From sequence record OR620964.1: 64,000 bases of DNA, one strand, 5' to 3'. How positions within the stretch are numbered: the stretch's first letter is position 1; every line of letters starts with the position of its first letter. The position numbers and the translations under genes are program-made. Under the pieces are notes generated by a model. The model made no database searches. It was given only the letters and a program-made list of their open reading frames with translations, and was not told the origin of the DNA. Below are positions 19,041 through 26,321 of this stretch, piece by piece.

Positions 19041-19874
19041 CTATAGTGAGGTATAGCTAGTGGTATTTAAGGCAAGCGTGGGCTTGGTTCCAGGCACAGT
19101 AGGCTGCTGATAACTGCCATTGACAAGTATCTCATGGTCGCTAAACTTAATGAGGAGATTTGCACTAGGGCTTGTCACAGCGTCCGTGAATATAGGCTGC
19201 TCATCCACGCCTGCTTGAACAGTATAGGTATTTATTGGTGCCGCTCTTTGTGAGAACCAACCGCCGGATCCCGCTGCTGTATGGTACAAATCTGACATTC
19301 CTCTAAGGACCGTACCAACATTGGACACTGGAGTATTGACTGTAGGTCGTGCGTAGGCGTAAGCATCTCTTGCTGGATGTGTTCCAGAATAGACTGATAA
19401 TGAAACCTCACTGGTAGTATAGGAATATATTGTAGCTTGGGAATCGCCTGCCCGATACGCGCCTTTCTGACCGAACTCAGGCATGACAATATCTAATGTA
19501 GCGGATGAACATAAAGACAAAGGAACAAGGAAACTAAACACTTTTGTAGACGATGGTAAATAAGGAGATACGTCTTGTCCATTAGATCCATTGGATAACT
19601 CAGTTTGTCCCATAACAGGATTATCTATAATAGATGCTAATGTTGTTCCTCCTCGGTATTTAAAATTGGTCAAATAGTATTTACCATCCATTCGGCCTGA
19701 CACACAATTCACAACACCTATACCTGCAATTCCCCGTGCGCGAAGTACGGCAGTCTTTAACGTTGTACGATCTACTATTTGATCTATATCTATCCCATCA
19801 GCACGATCAAAAAGAAAGATTTCTGGCATTGTTGCACTAACAGCTAGATGATTGGCTGTGGATATAAACTGCAT
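19041..19874 (-). CDS. Hypothetical protein, 277 aa; N-terminal domain paralogous to 19886..20779
   Basis: PEIFLFD and YYLTNFKYRG vs PEAFLFD and YRYTNLKYKA. Confidence 0.75.
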   Translation of the reverse strand: MQFISTANHLAVSATMPEIFLFDRADGIDIDQIVDRTTLKTAVLRARGIAGIGVVNCVSGRMDGKYYLTNFKYRGGTTLASIIDNPVMGQTELSNGSNGQDVSPYLPSSTKVFSFLVPLSLCSSATLDIVMPEFGQKGAYRAGDSQATIYSYTTSEVSLSVYSGTHPARDAYAYARPTVNTPVSNVGTVLRGMSDLYHTAAGSGGWFSQRAAPINTYTVQAGVDEQPIFTDAVTSPSANLLIKFSDHEILVNGSYQQPTVPGTKPTLALNTTSYTSL

Positions 19875-19885
19875 AAGATGATTCC

Positions 19886-20779
19886 TTATAATCCAATAGA
19901 AAAGGACTTAGTAGAGATCGCTTTGTATCCGTATCGCTCTCCGGGTGTAAGTGATAGGCCATCGTTAACGGTGAATCCAGATAGATCCATAGAGAATACT
20001 GTATCACCCTTTGGAACGACCAACAGATTTGGCCTAACAACATCGGTGCTTTGTACAGAGAGCCCTGACACCATCTGTGCAAATCGAGCGCCGCTTTGAT
20101 TTAATGCTGGATTAGGATCTGTTACTCCTCCAGTGCGTTCAACTTTATCGTAGGATAAGAGAATAGGAGGTGCTCTGTGGCTACTAATAAGATCTGCGTA
20201 TGCAATTCTAGAATCAACTATACCCAGTGCTACTGTTCCTACTACGGTATTCGTTTTATTAAAGGAAAGGAGCTTCGATACCTGTATAGGCGTAGACTGT
20301 ACAGATGAGGTCTGTGTTACGTAAGTTCTAGAGTCACAGTGGTTAGTATTATCTACTACCTCACCCATAAGCTGCCAACTAATTATGCCATTACTAGAGT
20401 TTTCACCATTGACGAATGGTTGCTGCCAAGAGTTTATGATAAAGATAAGTCTATTATCTTGTCCCATTGACCAGTCAGCATATGAAGCTAGTTGGCCAGA
20501 ACTTCTTGTCAGTCGCTCACGGTAGGTAAGCGACTCTTCTGTTGCTTTGTACTTTAGGTTTGTATACCTATACGCATACCCACCATTGCCCCGAACAATC
20601 GTTGTTTTACCGTCATGGCCAATGCAAGCACGAGCTAGGTGGGCAAACTGTATGAAATGATCGACAGACGTAAACACTTTAGGCACAGTAGGATCAAGCA
20701 CTGTATCAAACAGAAATGCCTCAGGCAGTTGGTCTATTGGATCATCGAAGTTAAAGTTATTCCCATTCACATACATCAT
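19886..20779 (-). CDS. Hypothetical protein, 297 aa; paralog of 19041..19874
   Basis: GGAG RBS; shared motifs with the neighbour. Confidence 0.8.
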   Translation of the reverse strand: MMYVNGNNFNFDDPIDQLPEAFLFDTVLDPTVPKVFTSVDHFIQFAHLARACIGHDGKTTIVRGNGGYAYRYTNLKYKATEESLTYRERLTRSSGQLASYADWSMGQDNRLIFIINSWQQPFVNGENSSNGIISWQLMGEVVDNTNHCDSRTYVTQTSSVQSTPIQVSKLLSFNKTNTVVGTVALGIVDSRIAYADLISSHRAPPILLSYDKVERTGGVTDPNPALNQSGARFAQMVSGLSVQSTDVVRPNLLVVPKGDTVFSMDLSGFTVNDGLSLTPGERYGYKAISTKSFSIGL

Positions 20780-20807
20780 AATGATTTACTCCTGCTTTAG
20801 AAACGAC

Positions 20808-20830
20808 AAAGGGCCGCACTAAGGCAGCCC
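20808..20830 (-). terminator. Rho-independent terminator
   Basis: GGGCTGC-CTTAGT-GCGGCCC-TTT. Confidence 0.65.
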
Positions 20831-20837
20831 TAAGGGA

Positions 20838-21203
20838 TTACGCAACTACTTCAAGCTCCCTATCACCTGAGTTCCAGATCAATTCACGAATAGTACGTGG
20901 TAAGATAATGCATCCACTAGAGGCAGTGCCTGGAGCTTTAACACTATCACCATGTATCTGGAAAGCAGATCTGCCATACATAGTATTACTCTTGGCCGGG
21001 AGTAAGTTCATTGCATACGGGCCTGTCTTAGCACTTGTATGTGGCTCACATACGGTATAGTGTCCTACTGGCAGAGGGCCTTCTCCAACCATACTTGTCG
21101 AGTCAGCACGATTCTTATACTGACCTTTGCCACTATAGCCAGTGGCAACAATCTTACCGTTCTTATCAAACATCTTACCCGATGTTATCTCATATCGCCA
21201 CAT
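20838..21203 (-). CDS. Tlde1/DUF2778-family L,D-transpeptidase-fold peptidoglycan peptidase
   Basis: GYSG, GPLPVGHY, GRSAFQIHGD...ASSGCII with the catalytic His/Cys pair. Confidence 0.8.
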   Translation of the reverse strand: MWRYEITSGKMFDKNGKIVATGYSGKGQYKNRADSTSMVGEGPLPVGHYTVCEPHTSAKTGPYAMNLLPAKSNTMYGRSAFQIHGDSVKAPGTASSGCIILPRTIRELIWNSGDRELEVVA

Positions 21204-21212
21204 GGTTATCTC

Positions 21213-21608
21213 CTATTCCGGTTCGTAGGTAGCAGCAGATTTGTACCGCATGTTCAAGCTCTCATTTTTCTTAAACATGGATACAGTTTCTGGCAGGCTA
21301 GCAGTAGGTTTAACGTAGGGTCTGAATCCCATTGCATAGAACAGACGTGTACTTTCAACACTACTTGTTTGCGCGCCAATATCTGCACGATAGCGACGAA
21401 TCACTTCTTTTATTAGTCCGGCACCTACCCCTTGCTTACGGTATTTATCCTCAACAAAGAAATCTGTGACAGAGTGCTTGGTAGGACTGTATGGGCCGTC
21501 AGTTAGAACAGCGATACGTCCGCGCTCTTGTGGATCAACAATGACAGTACCAAATCCTGATTGCTGGCGAGTGATGAATCCAGATGATAGACTGATTGTA
21601 ATAATCAT
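21213..21608 (-). CDS. GNAT-family acetyltransferase with N-terminal ISLS tag
   Basis: Acetyl-CoA motif A FFVEDKYRKQGVGAGLI and LFYAMGF; begins MIITISLS. Confidence 0.8.
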   Translation of the reverse strand: MIITISLSSGFITRQQSGFGTVIVDPQERGRIAVLTDGPYSPTKHSVTDFFVEDKYRKQGVGAGLIKEVIRRYRADIGAQTSSVESTRLFYAMGFRPYVKPTASLPETVSMFKKNESLNMRYKSAATYEPE

Positions 21609-21796
21609 ACAATGATGAACCTATGATGGTTACGATTTGTTTTTGGACAGAACCAGATTTCCCAGAATGTCTTTCCCATACCAAAGTTAATCATTCGTTC
21701 GTTATAGCGACGAACAAACACCATACCCTTTGGTTGGTTAGGATAGCCATAGCAGTAGTCCCAGAACGAATTAAATGCGTCTAAGATACTCTTCAT
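21605..21796 (-). CDS. Hypothetical protein, 63 aa
   Basis: GGAC RBS; TGA overlaps the GNAT ATG. Confidence 0.65.
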   Translation of the reverse strand: MKSILDAFNSFWDYCYGYPNQPKGMVFVRRYNERMINFGMGKTFWEIWFCPKTNRNHHRFIIV

Positions 21797-21813
21797 GGTG
21801 CTTGTCCTATCAG

Positions 21814-23487
21814 TTATTTTCGAACGCGAATCGCTGGGTCTTTAGACTTGTCATATCGATCTGGGCGAACGATGACAACTCCGGTAGGCCCTGTCTTAAT
21901 CTCAAGAAGGCCGGGGACTTCAAAACCTTTAGCTGTGTCCACCACTGTGAATTTCTTCGCCAGCTTCTCACGCATCTTAGCAAGCCCTTCATTGGACTTA
22001 GCGATCTTTCCGCCTTTAAGATTTCGAATCAGACCAGCATCACGGCCAACGTTGAATTTGAAGCCAACAGAGTTCAGAATTTCAGGTAGTGCCTTGTCAA
22101 TCTTTTCAGCCGTGTCACTACCTTGAGGCTTTTTTACAGCAGCAGCCTTTGCTTTTGTTCTATCTTGCTTCATTTCCTTTTTGGCGGCTATACGCGCTTT
22201 ATGCGTAGGACGCGCAATCTTACCTTTAGCCAGAACTTTAGATCGTGCTGTTTCTGCTTTCTCTCTTGCTGCCTTACTCGCAGGAGTCTGTACTTTAACC
22301 CCTACGGAATCAAAAGCTGATTGCTTAACAAACTTAGGCTTAAATGTACCACGTTTACCTGTAGCACCGAACTCAGTCAGCTTGATCGCACGAACAGCTT
22401 TCAAGGCTTTGACAACACCTGGGCCTGTAGCAATGTCCGTAGAGGACATAGGCATGTTCAAGCCCGACAGGCCGTGTTTCTTGGCATGAGAGTTTGCTTC
22501 TTTAAGCAGTGCTTTAGCTTGTTTGATATCCGCAGCACTTTTGGTTTTCTCAGTAACATACGTCGCACGTAAGGCTACTCTACGTGGGCCTGCTGGCACT
22601 TGTTTACTTTTAGCAAGCGTAGTATCTGCCTTAACGCGAGAAGTCATACCGCTGATAGCAGCAACTTTAGCTTTCTTTAACAGACCGAGGATGGCAGTAA
22701 GCTCTGGTTTCTTTGTATCTGGAATGATCAGGGTTCGAACACCAGATACTTTAGCAAATTTATAGCTAGGTGTCTTAGCAGACTCCGAGATAACGTCGGA
22801 GCATAGGGAGAGCGTGATTTTCATATTTGATTTCCGTACAATGTTTGGGTTCTCAGATGGATCAGACCTATCAAGATCATCTGATCGGAAGTTTTCTTGT
22901 GTCTCAATAGGTACGGTTAGACCTAACCCATAAGAAGCAAATATCTGCTTGAGTGACTTATGGACTTGTTCCTGTAACCATATCTCATTATCCCGACTTG
23001 GGTCTATCAAAGAGACTTCAATGATATTCTGCCTTGGGTCTACACAGGCATATTGAACACGCGCTATCTTCTGTGTGTTTAGCCACTCATTGAGAATCAT
23101 GTCTAGCTCTGGACTAAACTTAATCCCTAGGTCAGACAGCCAGAACTGAAAAGAAGATAGAGGAGGAGGTGCAGAGAGAGACGTAAACTCACCAGTAGGA
23201 TTCAGCTTTTCCATGGCAGAAGAAGCCTCGTACACGGACTGGAAGTTCTCGGCAATCGTAGCGATGTTCTTGAGCTTATAGCTATTTGTTGCCAGTCCCT
23301 TACGGATCAACTTGGCTACTTTAAGTTCGTAGTCACCAGTATCACCCTGAGAGTAGGCTACAAATGCATAGAGAGCAATACCATTATCTTCACGCAGGAG
23401 TCGATGGTCAAGTACACGGAACCCAACTATCTTTGTTAATGCCTGTGCGCTCATCTGGATTGCTGATAGAGAAATGGAGATTCTCAT
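21814..23487 (-). CDS. Two-part protein, 557 aa: N-terminal domain plus Lys/Ala-rich C-terminal part, with a probable internal start at 22824
   Basis: Begins MRISISLS; second tag MKITLSLC at aa 222; basic K/A-rich C-terminal part. Confidence 0.8.
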   Translation of the reverse strand: MRISISLSAIQMSAQALTKIVGFRVLDHRLLREDNGIALYAFVAYSQGDTGDYELKVAKLIRKGLATNSYKLKNIATIAENFQSVYEASSAMEKLNPTGEFTSLSAPPPLSSFQFWLSDLGIKFSPELDMILNEWLNTQKIARVQYACVDPRQNIIEVSLIDPSRDNEIWLQEQVHKSLKQIFASYGLGLTVPIETQENFRSDDLDRSDPSENPNIVRKSNMKITLSLCSDVISESAKTPSYKFAKVSGVRTLIIPDTKKPELTAILGLLKKAKVAAISGMTSRVKADTTLAKSKQVPAGPRRVALRATYVTEKTKSAADIKQAKALLKEANSHAKKHGLSGLNMPMSSTDIATGPGVVKALKAVRAIKLTEFGATGKRGTFKPKFVKQSAFDSVGVKVQTPASKAAREKAETARSKVLAKGKIARPTHKARIAAKKEMKQDRTKAKAAAVKKPQGSDTAEKIDKALPEILNSVGFKFNVGRDAGLIRNLKGGKIAKSNEGLAKMREKLAKKFTVVDTAKGFEVPGLLEIKTGPTGVVIVRPDRYDKSKDPAIRVRK

Positions 23488-23819
23488 TACTTCATCTTGC
23501 GTAATGCGTCTTTGGCTTTTGCCAGAGTCGATTGGTTATCAGAGTCACCAAACACACAACTAATCTTGATACCGACTTCAATCACGTTGAAGCCTTCATC
23601 CTCATCAGCCATGAGAACACCAAATCGGGCAGTATCACCGTTATAGTTGAGGAAACGGAAGTCCAGAATATCATTTGGGCCTGAGATATCAGAAGGCATG
23701 CCATCGGATACAAGCATGGCGTACAGAGATTTCTTATCCAATGCTTTCATAAAGAATGCAGTAGGAACACTTGATTCGGACTTAACATTCTTACCTAAGT
23801 TCAATTTAATTGCGGTCAT
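23487..23819 (-). CDS. Hypothetical protein, 110 aa
   Basis: GGAG RBS; TAATG coupling to the next gene. Confidence 0.8.
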   Translation of the reverse strand: MTAIKLNLGKNVKSESSVPTAFFMKALDKKSLYAMLVSDGMPSDISGPNDILDFRFLNYNGDTARFGVLMADEDEGFNVIEVGIKISCVFGDSDNQSTLAKAKDALRKMK

Positions 23820-23821
23820 GA

Positions 23822-24391
23822 TTATACTCCAACCTGTTTGGTGATTGTGATAACACGCTGGTACCAGCCGTAGATGTTATCTTCTTGTGTCGCGTCTGCC
23901 TTAGCGATGTTCTTTAGTTTCGCAATACGGCAGCCATTAAAAGCATATGCAAGGATTTTGATATCACGGACCTTACAGTAAGCAGCAAGAGCAGCCAACG
24001 TCTTAGGGCCAATGTTAGCAGCAGGCGCAAAGTCTGGATATAGTTTGCCACGTTGATTCAGGATGTTCAACTGGTCTTGCAGTTCAGCAATAGCAGCAGG
24101 TGGGCCTGAGTTAACAGCGTAATCGAACATCCACAGCGCAAGCTCTTGGCTGTACTTGGCAATCTCGTCACACTTGCAGAAGTCCCAGAAGTTGGCGCTG
24201 TAGATAGCATAAGCAATATCATAAGGCAGGTCTTTCATATCACCTTTATAGCCATATGCACGAGCATTACGCTCAGTAACGCCCCAACGAGTTGGACCAC
24301 CACGGTCAGCAGCGCGGTTTGTATACTTCTCACCACCTTCACGCTCTATTACTTCGGCAATGGCTTTCTTTCTGAATGTTAAGGCATCCAT
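23822..24391 (-). CDS. Endolysin, glycoside hydrolase family 108 with C-terminal PG_binding_3-like region
   Basis: EREGGEKY...DRGGPTRWGVT catalytic motif; C-terminal YGWYQRV. Confidence 0.9.
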   Translation of the reverse strand: MDALTFRKKAIAEVIEREGGEKYTNRAADRGGPTRWGVTERNARAYGYKGDMKDLPYDIAYAIYSANFWDFCKCDEIAKYSQELALWMFDYAVNSGPPAAIAELQDQLNILNQRGKLYPDFAPAANIGPKTLAALAAYCKVRDIKILAYAFNGCRIAKLKNIAKADATQEDNIYGWYQRVITITKQVGV

Positions 24392-24443
24392 AGATCATTC
24401 CTCAATATCGGGTTTACTCATCGAAATTATCATTAGAACGAAG

Positions 24444-24466
24444 AAAGGGCAGCCCGGAGGCCACCC
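24444..24466 (-). terminator. Rho-independent terminator, identical to the one at 15-34
   Basis: aaagggcagcccggaggccacccttt is identical at 12-37 and 24444-24469. Confidence 0.8.
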
Positions 24467-24471
24467 TTTAG

Positions 24472-24570
24472 TTAGTTCTTTTTCTTGTCTTTGTTCTCTC
24501 TGATTCGCTGTATCCAATAGATAACGGCGCAGATAAGTAATACGATAAGAACAATTGTATCAACACTCAT
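24472..24570 (-). CDS. 32-aa single-pass membrane peptide MSVDTIVLIVLLICAVIYWIQRIRENKDKKKN, absent from the ORF track
   Basis: GAGG RBS, ATG, 16-residue hydrophobic helix, basic tail, TAA just before a terminator. Confidence 0.75.
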   Translation of the reverse strand: MSVDTIVLIVLLICAVIYWIQRIRENKDKKKN

Positions 24571-24580
24571 ATTAAGCCTC

Positions 24581-24910
24581 TCAGATGTATTTAATACAGA
24601 GATAGGCCATTCCAGCCTGAGCCAGACCAACGTCCAGCACAAACAATTTACGCAATATCCAGCCTACAGAAGATATCACGTAAAGATAAATTAGCTGTGC
24701 TGCGGTAAATATCAACATTGAAGCAACAAGCATCCAGATCAATATATCCGTGTTAGATATAAAGAACGTGCAAACTACAGGAGCAATAATAGAACCAATT
24801 AACGAGTCCGACCATGCGAGTTGTTGTAGTTTGAACACAGGTGATATTAGCCCATATGCAGTTGTTGCACAACACACTGACCAAAAGAGAAGCATATAAT
24901 CCAATGGCAT
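24581..24910 (-). CDS. Multi-pass membrane protein, 109 aa; holin candidate
   Basis: Three to four hydrophobic segments; close to the endolysin gene; holin role is inference. Confidence 0.65.
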   Translation of the reverse strand: MPLDYMLLFWSVCCATTAYGLISPVFKLQQLAWSDSLIGSIIAPVVCTFFISNTDILIWMLVASMLIFTAAQLIYLYVISSVGWILRKLFVLDVGLAQAGMAYLCIKYI

Positions 24911-24934
24911 TTTTATACGTCCAACATTAGAAAA

Positions 24935-25651
24935 TCAAACACCTTGGTTACCAACGTATTTATCTGTGGCATTATCCACTTTCTCTACGTTACCTTTTAT
25001 GTATCCGAGTTCAAATATCTGAACACGATGCTTAACAACAGCCTGACCCATTGTCTCACACATACCAAGACGTAAGTCACGGAAGGCAGCACGTAGTCTA
25101 GAACACACAGGCTTACGTAATATGCGCAGTAAGTTCTCTCTGTGTGCGGCTGTGATACGAATAGACAGCTTATCGAAATTGGCTTCGAGTTCCATTTCCG
25201 TACCACCTTCATATATCCAATGGCAGATTATGCTTGTGATAGGTTTCTGGTGTGTCTTCGAAGGTAACTTATAGATATAAGTCATTAGCTCATGGAACAA
25301 GCTACCTTCAATAGACTGCGCAATCAAATCATCCAAGTAGCTACCAATAGGAACTGCTTTTGGTTTGATAGGTGCTACAGTTCCTAACTCGCGATCTACC
25401 TCAAGTCCATATCGCTCAAGACTTTCAGTATGACCAAATACAAATACGTTATATAGTGGCATGTTTCGTATCGCCACTACATTCCTATCAAACTCGCGAG
25501 TGCCTACAATAAATATATTCTTTCGATACTTCTTAGATGGATCAAGGAATCCACCAAGAGGCACAAAAGTTATCTGAGGATTCTTTCGCTTTGATTTAAG
25601 CCAAGCATATACTTGCTCTGGGCTGTGGCGTGTAATTGCTATTACTGGCAT
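24935..25651 (-). CDS. Hypothetical protein, 238 aa
   Basis: Long ORF overlapping the upstream stop. Confidence 0.8.
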   Translation of the reverse strand: MPVIAITRHSPEQVYAWLKSKRKNPQITFVPLGGFLDPSKKYRKNIFIVGTREFDRNVVAIRNMPLYNVFVFGHTESLERYGLEVDRELGTVAPIKPKAVPIGSYLDDLIAQSIEGSLFHELMTYIYKLPSKTHQKPITSIICHWIYEGGTEMELEANFDKLSIRITAAHRENLLRILRKPVCSRLRAAFRDLRLGMCETMGQAVVKHRVQIFELGYIKGNVEKVDNATDKYVGNQGV

Positions 25652-25941
25652 AGCTTACCCTTAATCAAATCTAGATGGTCTGAGATAAAGCTCTTAATCA
25701 ATGTATGAACCTGATCTTCTCTATCCGCACCAAACTCTCTTTCATCCAGAACGATTGGCTCACCGCCATCCATAGACGAACGCAAGCTAAGTGTAACACT
25801 ACCTGTCCACTTGCCTGCATGGGGACCTAAGATTGTATAGTGTGGAGGCCAGATACGGGAATCAACAGAAACAAGAATTGCATCTATGCTTGACTTACAT
25901 TGGCAGTCAGGTTCAACTACAATAGGATCGTCTATGCACAT
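25642..25941 (-). CDS. Hypothetical protein, 99 aa
   Basis: TAATG coupling with the upstream ORF. Confidence 0.7.
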   Translation of the reverse strand: MCIDDPIVVEPDCQCKSSIDAILVSVDSRIWPPHYTILGPHAGKWTGSVTLSLRSSMDGGEPIVLDEREFGADREDQVHTLIKSFISDHLDLIKGKLCQ

Positions 25942-26321
25942 TAGGTAGCATCCTCTTTTCTGCCTTTCGGTATACTTTTAATTGCAGCCAGTGTAAGTAC
26001 AGTTTGTAGTGTTGAGACAAACTCTGGATGGCAATAGATTGTATCATAGCCGATGTTCACCGATGTTGATGGTCGGGTTAGCGTGACCATGCGAGTTCGT
26101 TTTTTACCAAACAGCCGTTCGAGGATAGTTGGCGTTACAGGAACTTCCACATCAACTTCCTGAACCATATGCGGGCAGGAATGAACGTTGTAGCAACAAA
26201 ACATATGCGCGTGCTCAATAATAACATTGAGTTCTACGTCAGTTTGGTGATCAATCTTGTGCTCACATATGGCATTGACATGCTTACGGATACGATGCTT
26301 ACTCTTTCTCATTATAATCAC
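25941..26321 (-). CDS. Hypothetical protein, 126 aa
   Basis: Abuts the sbcC stop. Confidence 0.7.
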   Translation of the reverse strand: MIIMRKSKHRIRKHVNAICEHKIDHQTDVELNVIIEHAHMFCCYNVHSCPHMVQEVDVEVPVTPTILERLFGKKRTRMVTLTRPSTSVNIGYDTIYCHPEFVSTLQTVLTLAAIKSIPKGRKEDAT

